Shown: positions 1 through 10,732 of the stretch, piece after piece
How positions within the stretch are numbered: position 1 is the first letter of the stretch
Layout of the letters: each line of letters begins with the position of its first letter
Assembly: GCA_017656425.1 (NCBI GenBank)
Contig: JACDNV010000003.1
Span: forward strand, 164,212-228,211
DNA: 64,000 nt
Direction of reading: 5' to 3'
Source: Fidelibacterota bacterium
Lineage (GTDB): Bacteria; Fidelibacterota; UBA2242; B5-G15
Notes under the pieces: model-generated
Databases searched by the model: none
What the model saw: only the letters and a program-made list of their open reading frames with translations
Told to the model about the DNA's origin: nothing
Translations under genes and position numbers: made by a program

Positions 1-375
1 TTTCAAATACTGATAGTTGAAAAAGTTTTCTATCCTGGTCTTTAAATGAGATATCGAAAAGGGTTTGGTAATAAAATCGTATGCACCCTTTTGAAGTGCT
101 TCAACAGCTCTTTCCACTGTTCCATACGCTGTAATTATAAATACTCCTATCCCCGGATATTTTATCTTTATAATCTCCAGTAACTTAATTCCATCCATGC
201 CTGGCATCATAAGATCAGATATAACGAGATCATAACTATTTTCCTCGAGCATATTCAGTGCAGTCTCACCATCCTTGGCATCAGAAACTTCATAACCTGA
301 TTCTTCCAGAGCTTCTTTTAAAATTGTCCTCATACTATAATCATCTTCAACTATTAGTAATTTTTTCCCAGGCAT
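1..375 (-). CDS. Response regulator, N-terminal receiver (REC) domain. The gene starts at 375 and continues past the window edge, so it is partial.
   Basis: Reverse-strand translation from ATG (373-375) gives MPGKKLLIVEDD...DLVISDLMMPGMDG...KPF, which is a canonical CheY-like receiver. The frame stays open to position 1. An SD-like GGTAGGGGG sits upstream. Confidence 0.6.
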   Translation of the reverse strand, partial: MPGKKLLIVEDDYSMRTILKEALEESGYEVSDAKDGETALNMLEENSYDLVISDLMMPGMDGIKLLEIIKIKYPGIGVFIITAYGTVERAVEALQKGAYDFITKPFSISHLKTRIENFFNYQYLK

Positions 376-466
376 AACCCCCTACCTATCCAATAACTAA
401 CAAAAATTAATAATATTATATTAATACGTAAATAAAAATATGGAAAAATTTGCCTAATTTACAATT

Positions 467-1024
467 TCACTTAGGCTCTTCTTCATCTTTTATATCATAG
501 GCTCTTGATAGAGTCTCGCGGTCTGCTCCAACTTTTTTATATATTTCTCCAGGTATGTTTCTTTTTATATCAGTCGATGGAATTAGCTTTTTGACTTCCT
601 TTTCAAGATTCTCTTTCTCTTTTTTCAAATTTGAAATTTGACTATCTTTGGATTTTAGTTCACGGCGCATTTTAAAATATCTGGTAGCTACTTTGATGGC
701 TACCGCCACCAACTCCGATCTAATTGGCTCCATTATAAAAAAATCGGCAATTCCCTGATCAAATAGTTCCTTTACGTCTAAAACCTGGGTGATATCATAA
801 GTTATTATAACAAACCGATTCTCAAGACTAAGTATAAATTGTTTTAACTGCTGATTAATTAAGGAATTTTCAATAACAATGATAAAAAATTCCTGATTAT
901 TTTTTTCGATCTCGGAGATACCATTATATATCTTGATATCAGCTTCTATATCTTCGATGGAATATTTTACAAGTTTTCTTAAATATTCATTAGATGTTAT
1001 TACGCACAGATTTATATTGTCCAT
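467..1024 (-). CDS. Hypothetical protein with a receiver-like fold that lacks the acidic pocket (pseudo-receiver), followed by a coiled-coil tail.
   Basis: 185 aa with a REC-like N-terminal alpha/beta pattern but no DD/D phospho-acceptor set. The C-terminus is K/E-rich with coiled-coil character. It is the last full gene of the che operon. Confidence 0.35.
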   Translation of the reverse strand: MDNINLCVITSNEYLRKLVKYSIEDIEADIKIYNGISEIEKNNQEFFIIVIENSLINQQLKQFILSLENRFVIITYDITQVLDVKELFDQGIADFFIMEPIRSELVAVAIKVATRYFKMRRELKSKDSQISNLKKEKENLEKEVKKLIPSTDIKRNIPGEIYKKVGADRETLSRAYDIKDEEEPK

Positions 1025-2376
1025 TATGAAATAATTGATTTAAAAAGATTTTCTTTAAGGCTTATAAATATATCTCCGAATTTTTCGCCATCTTCTGGAT
1101 AGTTTGCAAATCCGTATGCTAAGGCAATATAACTTTTCTTAACTTGATTAAAATATTTATCCTTTATTCTCTTTCTAATTTCCTCATATCCCTTCTCGAT
1201 GTCAATTGGATGTAATCTGGGTATAGCTACAATCAAAGTATCTATGCCATCGTTTAAGACCTCTATATCACTACCGAACTTATTTTTTATCTCAGATTCA
1301 ACGTCACTTAAAACTGCATTTATATCTTTGGTTTCATCAAAATCCACTATAGGAATTAACCTAACAAGTGAAAAAGTCACACCTTCGTTGAGATTTTGAG
1401 CCTCACGTAATTTATCTCTAATCAGCTTTTGAACGACACTCTCATAATTTGATTCGGTTTTGATTCCCCCGCAGATCATTCCAATCGCTGGCGCAATTTG
1501 TATTGAGATAATACTCCAGAGTTTTATATAATCCTCGATAGAAAAAACACCATCACTAGGCAGGTCAAAAACACAAAGGAATCCATATACCTCATCCATA
1601 TACTTTATTGGAACTACAAAAGATAAACCATAATCTTCTTTTATATCCAGACTTCTTGAACCAACCTTTATCTCCTTATTAAGTTTATCCAAAACTATTA
1701 TCTCTTCACCATTGATCTTTTTCCCATTAATTTCTTCTCCTAAGGAGAAATAAAAATTTTTACCAAACTTATCAGAAATGCCATGTGAGGAATCAACAAC
1801 GAACCTATCCCCCTTCTTTAAAAGGAGCGCCATCTTTTTAATTTTCAATCCTTCGGTTATTGTATCAATTATGATACCTTTTGCAAAGTCTACATTATCA
1901 ACCTGATAAAGTATAGAACAAACCTCATAAAGTGTAGTTACAGTATAAAGCATTTCTTTCATTTTATTTGTAAGCGCAGAATTTTCTCTGCTCAGATATA
2001 ACTTTTCTGCAGCTCTATTTAAAACTACAAGGAGTTCCTTCAAATTAAATGGCTTACGTATATAATCATACACCCCATATTTTATTGCTTCGATTGCACT
2101 ATCTGTGGTTGCAAAACCTGTAATTATTATAACCTGAGAATCCTTGTTTAAATCTTTTAACTTTTTTACTATATCCATACCAGTAAAATGAGGCATTACT
2201 AGGTCAGTAAGTATTATATCGAAGTTCTTTTCTTCAATCATTGACATAGCCACTTTAGAATCGTCAGTTACCTCCACATTATATCCTTTTTCAGATAAAA
2301 AGAATTTCAATTGATCCAATATTAATTTTTCATCATCAATAATTAATACTTTTACATCCTCAGGTTTAATTTCCAT
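1024..2376 (-). CDS. Response regulator with REC and GAF domains and a C-terminal degenerate GGDEF-like region.
   Basis: The N-terminus reads VLIIDDE...DIILTDLVMP...KPF (REC). A central GAF-like region follows. The C-terminus, ...IALAYGFANYPEDGEKF..., resembles the end of a GGDEF domain without an intact GG(D/E)EF motif. Confidence 0.5.
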   Translation of the reverse strand: MEIKPEDVKVLIIDDEKLILDQLKFFLSEKGYNVEVTDDSKVAMSMIEEKNFDIILTDLVMPHFTGMDIVKKLKDLNKDSQVIIITGFATTDSAIEAIKYGVYDYIRKPFNLKELLVVLNRAAEKLYLSRENSALTNKMKEMLYTVTTLYEVCSILYQVDNVDFAKGIIIDTITEGLKIKKMALLLKKGDRFVVDSSHGISDKFGKNFYFSLGEEINGKKINGEEIIVLDKLNKEIKVGSRSLDIKEDYGLSFVVPIKYMDEVYGFLCVFDLPSDGVFSIEDYIKLWSIISIQIAPAIGMICGGIKTESNYESVVQKLIRDKLREAQNLNEGVTFSLVRLIPIVDFDETKDINAVLSDVESEIKNKFGSDIEVLNDGIDTLIVAIPRLHPIDIEKGYEEIRKRIKDKYFNQVKKSYIALAYGFANYPEDGEKFGDIFISLKENLFKSIIS

Positions 2377-3748
2377 CTACTTTCTCCTCATCTAATTTTT
2401 CAAAAATTAACTCATCACCCAACTTATAAACCTTTACTCGTTCGTAACTTTTTGTGGTAAGATGATTATAATTTCCAAAGGTTAGAATGACATTGCGATG
2501 AAGCACTTTATTCACTATTATACATTTATCAGAAAGGACCTCCTTATCAAAATGATCACTCTCTTTTTCTTCCTCCAGTAACTTATTATATTGTTCTTCA
2601 AGTTCCTTCAGCTTCACTATGGATTCAACGAGTTCCCTAATTTTAGCTTCTGATAATGAGGGTGCTCTCTCTTTAAGAAGTTTCAGGAATGCTACCTTTT
2701 TACTCACTAAAGAAATCTGTTCATTAAGTTCTTCTCTCATCTCAGCAAATTTACTCTTACGAAACTCCACTTCTAATAATTCAGTAGCAGCAATGCCAAC
2801 TTCAGTTAGGATTCCCTGCTCACTTCCTATTTCATTAGCTATGATTTTGTTTTTTGCAAATACTTTTCCACCTCTGATTATTCCCTCATTATTATTAACT
2901 ATAACATTTCCATCACATTCGACATTTGAATTTATTATATATCTTTCTACAAGAATATCATTCTTCACTTTAACAAAGGCGTCCTGTATGTAAGTAGACT
3001 TAAGATTGTTACCCGACTTAATTCTCGCCCTGCCATGCCCAATAATACCTAATCCAATTATTACATCCCCATTTTTGGATGTTACATAACCTGCTTCTAC
3101 ACTTCCACCAATGTGAACCGTCCCAGCAGCTTCAACAAGAAAACCTGATTTTACATCTCCTTCCACATTTAGAGATCCAAGGGTTTTAATATTTCCACTA
3201 CTATAATCAACATTTTTCACTGTGATAACTTTATCAACATTTACTTTACCATTCTTAAGGTATGCATATCCATCTATATCAGCATAAAGTGTGAGCCCAT
3301 CTTCTGAAATAGTTGTATTTTTGCCACCTGGCAAACTTACATCTTTGCCTGGGATAACAATTTCCTCACCAGTCACTGCTATCCCGGGTCTACCAGATGT
3401 CCTCGGGAGCTTACTTACAATCTCCTGACCTTTCTTCACATATTCAAACAATTTGAGCTCTTTTAAATCTACATAATCTTCTTCATTATCAATTGGCTTT
3501 GTTGATATGTCAACATACCATACAAGTTTAGCATCTTCGCCAGGTACTGGAGGAGTCCCATCAGCAATTAACAAATTTTTAACAGGCTCTTTTTTCTCTA
3601 GCAATTTATTTATAATATTTTCTTTTATCCCATGTGTTACTCCAGACTTCCATATCATGTCCATTAATTCCACTTTTGAAGGGATTTTATCCTTTTCATC
3701 AATTGTTATATAAGCTTTTAGCTTATCCTCAGATATCTCTATTTTCAT
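2366..3748 (-). CDS. FapA-like protein (DUF342, flagellar assembly protein A family).
   Basis: 460 aa. The N-terminus MKIEISEDKLKAYITI and a long G/V/N-rich beta-helix-like repeat region followed by a coiled-coil C-terminus are typical of DUF342/FapA proteins found in che/flagellar loci. Confidence 0.55.
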   Translation of the reverse strand: MKIEISEDKLKAYITIDEKDKIPSKVELMDMIWKSGVTHGIKENIINKLLEKKEPVKNLLIADGTPPVPGEDAKLVWYVDISTKPIDNEEDYVDLKELKLFEYVKKGQEIVSKLPRTSGRPGIAVTGEEIVIPGKDVSLPGGKNTTISEDGLTLYADIDGYAYLKNGKVNVDKVITVKNVDYSSGNIKTLGSLNVEGDVKSGFLVEAAGTVHIGGSVEAGYVTSKNGDVIIGLGIIGHGRARIKSGNNLKSTYIQDAFVKVKNDILVERYIINSNVECDGNVIVNNNEGIIRGGKVFAKNKIIANEIGSEQGILTEVGIAATELLEVEFRKSKFAEMREELNEQISLVSKKVAFLKLLKERAPSLSEAKIRELVESIVKLKELEEQYNKLLEEEKESDHFDKEVLSDKCIIVNKVLHRNVILTFGNYNHLTTKSYERVKVYKLGDELIFEKLDEEKVDGN

Positions 3749-3763
3749 TTTAATGTCACCACA

Positions 3764-4000
3764 TCATTTATATTCAAAATACACTTCTGCTTCATTTCCA
3801 CAACCACATATGAATTTAATGCCCACAATTTCATCACCATCATAAATTGGGTCAATTTTTACTTCACGCTCTTTCTTTAAATCACCACCTATAATTTTTT
3901 TATCACCTTTAACAGAAGCACTTTTTAATACCTTTGGAATTCTTTTTGCACTTTCCTGTATAAAAGGCAAATCTTTTAAAATATCAGATTTATTTTTCAT
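3764..4000 (-). CDS. Small hypothetical protein (78 aa).
   Basis: The ORF overlaps the stop of the upstream cheZ-like gene by 4 nt (translational coupling). No recognisable domain. Confidence 0.3.
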   Translation of the reverse strand: MKNKSDILKDLPFIQESAKRIPKVLKSASVKGDKKIIGGDLKKEREVKIDPIYDGDEIVGIKFICGCGNEAEVYFEYK

Positions 4001-4635
4001 TCAATATCCCCGCTCTTAAATATATTATCAATATCTTCCTGACTTATATTTTTATGTCTAACTTTATCCTCAATCTTATTTTTAAATTCCTCACTTAATC
4101 TATTAAAACCTTCGGTCTGCATCTCTGCCTCTATAGCTGCAATGATTTGTTTACCTACCTTTGTTTTTATTTTTATACCCCTTATCTTTTTAAATAATTC
4201 TGTAAACTTCTGATTTATCGCTGTAAGTATCTCATTAGCATGCTCCAGTTTCTGAGCGGTTATATCCTGAAACTGCAGAGCATACATAATATTCATTAGA
4301 TCATCCTTTAGCCTTTCTATTTTGTCAAAATTTTCTTTTGTAGTCTCCTTTTCTATATATTCGAGGGTTTTAAAGACATTCTCAAGTCTATCCAAAATCT
4401 CTTGAGTAGCCATTTCTGTTGTTTTATTCACATCAATAATTCTATCTTTTGCATCAGGCAGAGTAAACTTGGTATCAGTAATAGAACTAATTGCATGAGA
4501 AAGAAGAGGGACTACTTCTTTAACAAATTTAAACAAATCACTCAAGAATGGTAGGATCTCATCTCCAATTCTAAAAAATTCACGCATTTCTTCAATTTTA
4601 ATAAGTATCTCCTCATAGTTTTCACTTACCTTCAT
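3997..4635 (-). CDS. CheZ-like CheY-P phosphatase.
   Basis: 212 aa helical protein containing LQFQDITAQ. This matches the catalytic D-x3-Q motif context (FQDLTGQ) of the CheZ family. It sits immediately downstream of cheY. Confidence 0.5.
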   Translation of the reverse strand: MKVSENYEEILIKIEEMREFFRIGDEILPFLSDLFKFVKEVVPLLSHAISSITDTKFTLPDAKDRIIDVNKTTEMATQEILDRLENVFKTLEYIEKETTKENFDKIERLKDDLMNIMYALQFQDITAQKLEHANEILTAINQKFTELFKKIRGIKIKTKVGKQIIAAIEAEMQTEGFNRLSEEFKNKIEDKVRHKNISQEDIDNIFKSGDIE

Positions 4636-4644
4636 AACGCCACC

Positions 4645-5019
4645 CTATTTATTTAAAACATCATCAATTTTCTCTTTCAAAACATCCGGAGTAAATGGCT
4701 TGATTATATAACCTTTTACTCCGAGTTTTACTGCTGTTATCACATCTTCTTTCATCCCCCTTGTCGTAATCATTATAATAGGAATATCTCTCAGTGAATC
4801 ATTCTTTTTTAATTCAGTAACAAATTGCTCACCATTCATCTCAGGCATATTCCAATCAGTTAATATTAAGTCATAGCTTTCCTTACCAAGCATCTCTAAA
4901 GCTTCCAGCCCTCCTGACGCTTCGCCAATATCCGTATATCCAATTTTATTTAATGCATTCACAATAATTCTTCTCATCGTGGGAGAATCATCAACAATTA
5001 ATATTTTAATATTAGCCAT
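4645..5019 (-). CDS. cheY: Chemotaxis response regulator CheY.
   Basis: 124 aa single-domain receiver with IVDDS...DLILTDWNMPEMNG...KPF. Confidence 0.85.
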   Translation of the reverse strand: MANIKILIVDDSPTMRRIIVNALNKIGYTDIGEASGGLEALEMLGKESYDLILTDWNMPEMNGEQFVTELKKNDSLRDIPIIMITTRGMKEDVITAVKLGVKGYIIKPFTPDVLKEKIDDVLNK

Positions 5020-5021
5020 TT

Positions 5022-5903
5022 TTAAATTTCCTCCTGTTGAATAAAATCCTTTATTTTTTCAAGACTGAGCTGGATATCTTCCTCCAAATCATTTAAACTT
5101 ATATCTTCAAGGACATCAAACCTTTCTTTCAAATAATTAATACTTTTTGTATCATTTAAAATATTGGTACTCATAAATCCTAACTCTATACGATTTGCAA
5201 GATAATCTGCTAAATTTATAATACTCGCGATATCTTTCATATATATATTTTCAATCTTATCGATTTCATGATGCTTTCCAATTATTATGACAAACTCCTC
5301 TGGTAAATTCCACTCTTGTGCAATTAGCTCTCCTGCTTGATCATGAGAAATTCTCAAATACTTTTTCTCTATTTCAGCACCAATCTTATCAGTATCGCTT
5401 GTTTCTTCAAAAGCTTCAATGAACCTTTTCTCATCTATGCGATAAAGAACTATTTTACCAATGTCATGAAGTAATCCATGGGAATAGATTCCGCTATGTA
5501 CAGGCACACCAACTCTATCCGCAAGCGTTTGGGCTATATAACCACAGGCTATTGAATGTTTCCATAGTTGTTTCCAATTAATTTTGTGTTTTCCAGATGG
5601 GGTTAGTATCTTTATTATAGAAAAAGCAATTGCTATTCTGCTTATTTCATTGAAACCAAGCAAAACAATCGCATGCTTTAGTGATTTTACTCCGTACCTC
5701 AGACCATAATATGCCGAATTAGCAACCCTTAACACTTTCATTGCTAGAGGAGGATCCTTTTCTATTACTTCAAGAATTTTATTTATAGTTATATCTTCAT
5801 CTCTGACAATTCTTAGTATTTCTGTAGCTATACTCGGCAATGTTGGAAGATTTTTTATCTCTTTTATCCTTTGAGCTATTTCATAATTCATTACGTCACT
5901 CAT
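5022..5903 (-). CDS. HDOD domain signalling protein.
   Basis: 293 aa. LPTLPSIATEIL..., ...ANSAYYG... and LLHDIGK are HD-related (HDOD) hallmarks. Confidence 0.65.
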   Translation of the reverse strand: MSDVMNYEIAQRIKEIKNLPTLPSIATEILRIVRDEDITINKILEVIEKDPPLAMKVLRVANSAYYGLRYGVKSLKHAIVLLGFNEISRIAIAFSIIKILTPSGKHKINWKQLWKHSIACGYIAQTLADRVGVPVHSGIYSHGLLHDIGKIVLYRIDEKRFIEAFEETSDTDKIGAEIEKKYLRISHDQAGELIAQEWNLPEEFVIIIGKHHEIDKIENIYMKDIASIINLADYLANRIELGFMSTNILNDTKSINYLKERFDVLEDISLNDLEEDIQLSLEKIKDFIQQEEI

Positions 5904-5989
5904 AATATTTCATTCTCAATTTCTCAAATCAAATGCCAAATACATTCTCAGTCATGTTAGTACTTCCCATAAAAAGCAAATAGGGAATT

Positions 5990-7021
<1,032 letters not shown>

Positions 7022-7486
7022 CTAATCCTCAAATTGAAAATGTATTAAAACTGGATAATCATCAACAATACAAAGAATTGAGTCCTCGTTATTATAATAG
7101 GAGTTCCAGTCCTTCTTCTTTATTCTTTTAATCTGAGGAACAGTGAGATCAAAAACCGCTTTTTTCCCTTTTAAATCAGTAAGCACATGACCACAGGTAA
7201 CATTTAATATCTCTTTTAAAGCGTCCTCAGCACAACTCGAAACTTTTTCATCGTCCGGCTCTACGCCCAAGAAATTGGCAGCGATCTCCGGGCACATCTT
7301 TTCAGGGACAATCAGTGATAACTTGCCTCTTCCTTCACCCTTAAAAGTCATAAATGCCAGTAGAAAACTATCGTATTCAATCTCAAGCTCCTCTTCATCC
7401 ACTTCATCACCAAACATAAATGCCGATTTTTCAATAGTCTCATAAAACGCATTTTTAATAATCTCCTTAGACTCATCACTCAACAT
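7022..7486 (-). CDS. cheX: CheC/CheX-family CheY-P phosphatase. It carries a single consensus motif, so it is CheX-like.
   Basis: 154 aa. DALKEILN...(22 aa)...P fits the CheC-family D/S-x3-E-x2-N-x22-P active-site motif. A degenerate second motif lies near the N-terminus. Confidence 0.6.
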   Translation of the reverse strand: MLSDESKEIIKNAFYETIEKSAFMFGDEVDEEELEIEYDSFLLAFMTFKGEGRGKLSLIVPEKMCPEIAANFLGVEPDDEKVSSCAEDALKEILNVTCGHVLTDLKGKKAVFDLTVPQIKRIKKKDWNSYYNNEDSILCIVDDYPVLIHFQFED

Positions 7487-7488
7487 AC

Positions 7489-7869
7489 TTAAACTCCCCC
7501 TACTACTTCATCAACAACTTTCTTTAACATCTCTGGTTTAAAAGGTTTTCTAATATATGCACGCACTCCCTTTGATTTTAAATCATCGATTCTTGTCTCA
7601 CTTCCTTCTGTGGAAATTATTACAACAGGAATTGAACTCAATATTCCATCCCTATTCATAATATCTATCATTTCCAACCCTGTCATAACTGGCATGTTTA
7701 TATCAACAAAAACAAGGTCAATCCATTCCTTATTCAATATTTCCAGTCCTTCTCTACCATTTTCTGCTTCAAATACAGTACTAGTTGGTACACCGGCTAT
7801 ATCAAGAGATTTCTTAATAACAAACCTAACAACCTTCGAATCATCAACAATTAAAACATTAAGTCCCAC
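7489..7869 (-). CDS. CheY-like single-domain response regulator.
   Basis: 126 aa with VLIVDDSKVVR...DLVFVDINMPVMTG...KPF. Confidence 0.8.
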   Translation of the reverse strand: MGLNVLIVDDSKVVRFVIKKSLDIAGVPTSTVFEAENGREGLEILNKEWIDLVFVDINMPVMTGLEMIDIMNRDGILSSIPVVIISTEGSETRIDDLKSKGVRAYIRKPFKPEMLKKVVDEVVGGV

Positions 7870-7882
7870 CTTTAATCCTCCT

Positions 7883-8731
7883 TTATAGAGAAAATAAACT
7901 TACTTTAATTTTTTCAAGTTCGTCTATCATAAAGCTAGCTGTTTTTTCAATTACTTTTGAAGTGATTTTATATTTCTTCAACAAACTACAGTCAGCTCTA
8001 TAAAAAAGGCCATCGACCCCCATTCCGAATCCCACAATCCTGGATATCGAATCCGATATATGAACACAAATAAGAGATATATTATTTTCATTATACCTGT
8101 TAATGTCATGGTGCCCCTTCACAACTTTTATTATACTCTCTGGCAATTCCCATGCTTCAAGCAGCATCCCTCCAATTTCTCCATGGTCAATACCTATGAC
8201 CTCCCTTTCCGCTTCATTATAAGGGACACAATTACTAATCGAATAATCTATAACCTTGCTAATATCTATATTAAGGTAATTTCCAATTACAATCTTACCT
8301 ATATCATGGAGAATACCCGTTGTGTACAAATAATCAGGTTTTCTAACACCAAGCAAGTCTGCCAGTCTTTCAGCCCCAATAGCTGTTGTAACCGAATGTT
8401 CCCATAGTTTTCCTGGAGGTATATCATAACCTTTTACCTCTTTAGACAATGTCGGTGTCAAAAAGTACATTGTTACTATTTCAAAAATTTTAGTTGCACC
8501 TAAACGAACTACTGCTTGTCTTATATCATCAATAGGTTTTATTGAACCATAATATGCTGAATTAACCACCTTTAAAATATATGCAACCAGTGCAGGATCA
8601 TATTTAACTATCTCTGAAAGCCTCTTAAAGTCCACATCAGGACTATTGACAATTTCATAGATTTCCATAACGATAGCAGGTATTGCTGGTATCTCCTTTA
8701 TTTTTGATAATATATTTTCCTTTTTAATCAT
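7883..8731 (-). CDS. HDOD domain signalling protein (second copy).
   Basis: 282 aa with ...NSAYYG..., LGATKI and LHDIGK motifs. Confidence 0.65.
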   Translation of the reverse strand: MIKKENILSKIKEIPAIPAIVMEIYEIVNSPDVDFKRLSEIVKYDPALVAYILKVVNSAYYGSIKPIDDIRQAVVRLGATKIFEIVTMYFLTPTLSKEVKGYDIPPGKLWEHSVTTAIGAERLADLLGVRKPDYLYTTGILHDIGKIVIGNYLNIDISKVIDYSISNCVPYNEAEREVIGIDHGEIGGMLLEAWELPESIIKVVKGHHDINRYNENNISLICVHISDSISRIVGFGMGVDGLFYRADCSLLKKYKITSKVIEKTASFMIDELEKIKVSLFSL

Positions 8732-9204
8732 ATTTCATACTCTTCTTTGCCTGATTTGACTATAACTTTGCCTGATCCCATATCAAGCAACATAGTTCTG
8801 GGCTTCGAACCTCCCACATCCTCACCAGAAATCAAAATGTTATTTTTCCATAAAAATTTTCTTACAACCATATAATTTTTTTCTCCAATTCTGAAAAAGT
8901 TATTATCATCAAGTAATGTAGCACCACCCGCCACTTTTGCAATAAGATTTTTTCTTTCGCCACCAAGGTCAAATACTTTTTTCAATAATAATTCCATTCC
9001 CAGATCAGTAAACATGAATGGATTTCTCTTTGCTTTATCGGGATCAGCTTTCGATAATGGTAACATACTGTGTAACATTGCACCAACTAGATTCTCAGGA
9101 TCATATAATACCACGCCAATACATGATCCAAGGGCATATGTTATAAGCACATCTCCATTCCCAGTAGTAAATTTCATATCTGCTATTTCAACAACTTTTA
9201 TCAC
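8728..9204 (-). CDS. cheD: Chemoreceptor glutamine deamidase CheD.
   Basis: 158 aa. YALGSCIGVVLYDP...GAMLHSMLP is the CheD signature around the catalytic Cys. Confidence 0.85.
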   Translation of the reverse strand: MIKVVEIADMKFTTGNGDVLITYALGSCIGVVLYDPENLVGAMLHSMLPLSKADPDKAKRNPFMFTDLGMELLLKKVFDLGGERKNLIAKVAGGATLLDDNNFFRIGEKNYMVVRKFLWKNNILISGEDVGGSKPRTMLLDMGSGKVIVKSGKEEYEI

Positions 9205-9239
9205 CTTTATACCTCACTTTTAGATATTACCTTTTACCA

Positions 9240-9905
9240 TCACAAATTCAATATATTTTGCCTGCTTACATACTCAATTGCTTTATAAGATGTTATCTTT
9301 GATAATCTGTTAACAATATCAACAACTATTTCCATCTGTCTGTTTATAATCTTTATAATCTCAAGTACCTTCTCATACTCACCTTTATCAAAAAGGGGAT
9401 ATATCATTTCGAAATAACCGGACATTACCTGTAAAGGCTGATTTAACTCATGACATACAGCTCCCGTAAGCTCCAACATCCCTTTTAATTTTTCTCTTTC
9501 CATAAATTCATATTTAACCTTACTCTTTTCTAAAGCTAATAATAAAGTCTTCACAAATAATCCAACCTGTAAAGTCTCCCTTATCAAATAATCATCTGCT
9601 CCATTCTTTAAAAAATCCATAATTAAACTTTCGCTATCCTTCATAGAAACAAGAACAACAACAGGTAAGTCTTTATATGTACTCCTGAAAATTTTGAACC
9701 GCCCAATTCTATCGCCACTTTCAATAATTGAATCATATATAACTAAATCTATACCATTAAAAATATTTCGATTTTTGCTTTCCATATGATAAACACACCC
9801 AACAAAAAAGGTGATCTTCTTATAATTATTCAAAACCGACATTAAGGTTTTACTGAACTTATCATCATCTGATACTATTTTAATTTTAAATGGATTATTC
9901 TTCAT
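9240..9905 (-). CDS. Pseudo-receiver plus HisKA (dimerisation/phospho-acceptor) protein with no ATPase domain.
   Basis: 221 aa. The N-terminus is receiver-like without the conserved Asp set. The C-terminus carries an H-box, AVCHELNQPLQ, then the ORF ends with no HATPase_c region. It overlaps cheR by 11 nt. Confidence 0.5.
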   Translation of the reverse strand: MKNNPFKIKIVSDDDKFSKTLMSVLNNYKKITFFVGCVYHMESKNRNIFNGIDLVIYDSIIESGDRIGRFKIFRSTYKDLPVVVLVSMKDSESLIMDFLKNGADDYLIRETLQVGLFVKTLLLALEKSKVKYEFMEREKLKGMLELTGAVCHELNQPLQVMSGYFEMIYPLFDKGEYEKVLEIIKIINRQMEIVVDIVNRLSKITSYKAIEYVSRQNILNL

Positions 9906-10725
9906 CCTTTTCCACCGATGGCTTTAAATATACAGATGGCTTAACTACTTTAAAACCGACTTCCATACCAATAATACTCTCAGAATGTCCTAGAAAAAGG
10001 TATCCTCCTGGTTTCAATAATCTATATAATTCCCTTACAAGAGACTCCCTTATAGAACTGCCAAAATATATCATAACGTTTCTACAAAATATCACATCAA
10101 GAGGACCTTTAAGCGGTAAGGGGAAATAAGATAGATTCAATCTTCGAAAAATAATATAGTTCTTAACAAAATCTGTAACTTTATATTTAACCTGACCATT
10201 TTCAATTGTCCGTATAAAAAATCTCTTCTGATAGTTGTACGGAACGTTCCGCATTTTCTCCTCATCATATTCACCCTTCTTAGCCCTATTTATAACATCA
10301 GTAGATATATCCGACCCAAGAATTCTTAAATCCATATCAGCATATGTGGGGATTGAATTTAAAATTGTAAAAGCAATACTATAAGTTTCCTCGCCCGTAG
10401 AGCATCCTGCTGACCATATTCTAAATCTTCTATATCCACTATTGACCCAGCTTATCATTATTTCCTTAAGAAAATCAAAATGATCAGCTTCTCTAAAGAA
10501 ACTTGTAACATTTGTAGTGATCACATCAATCATCTGTATTATTTCATTACCCTCTCTATCATTAATCAGATACTCAAGGTAATCATTATATGAATCTATC
10601 CTTAATGCCCTTAACCTTTTATTTAGCCTTGCACTTACTAATGCTTTTTTCTGATCAGTCAATCTTATACCACTTAGGTTATACACTATTTTTCTTAATT
10701 CTTCAAAAGTCTTATCATCTATCAT
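9895..10725 (-). CDS. cheR: Chemotaxis methyltransferase CheR.
   Basis: 276 aa. CheR_N helical region followed by a SAM-methyltransferase fold. Confidence 0.85.
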   Translation of the reverse strand: MIDDKTFEELRKIVYNLSGIRLTDQKKALVSARLNKRLRALRIDSYNDYLEYLINDREGNEIIQMIDVITTNVTSFFREADHFDFLKEIMISWVNSGYRRFRIWSAGCSTGEETYSIAFTILNSIPTYADMDLRILGSDISTDVINRAKKGEYDEEKMRNVPYNYQKRFFIRTIENGQVKYKVTDFVKNYIIFRRLNLSYFPLPLKGPLDVIFCRNVMIYFGSSIRESLVRELYRLLKPGGYLFLGHSESIIGMEVGFKVVKPSVYLKPSVEKDEE

Positions 10726-10732
10726 CTACACT

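Noticed and set aside
2619-2993. Numerous 60-155 aa ORFs on the strand opposite long genes (for example 2619-2993, 6002-6184, 7610-7888, 16084-16551, 25623-26003, 29891-30643 and 37366-37653).
   Set aside because: They are fully nested antisense within well-supported genes, have low-complexity or hydrophobic composition and no RBS. These are shadow ORFs.
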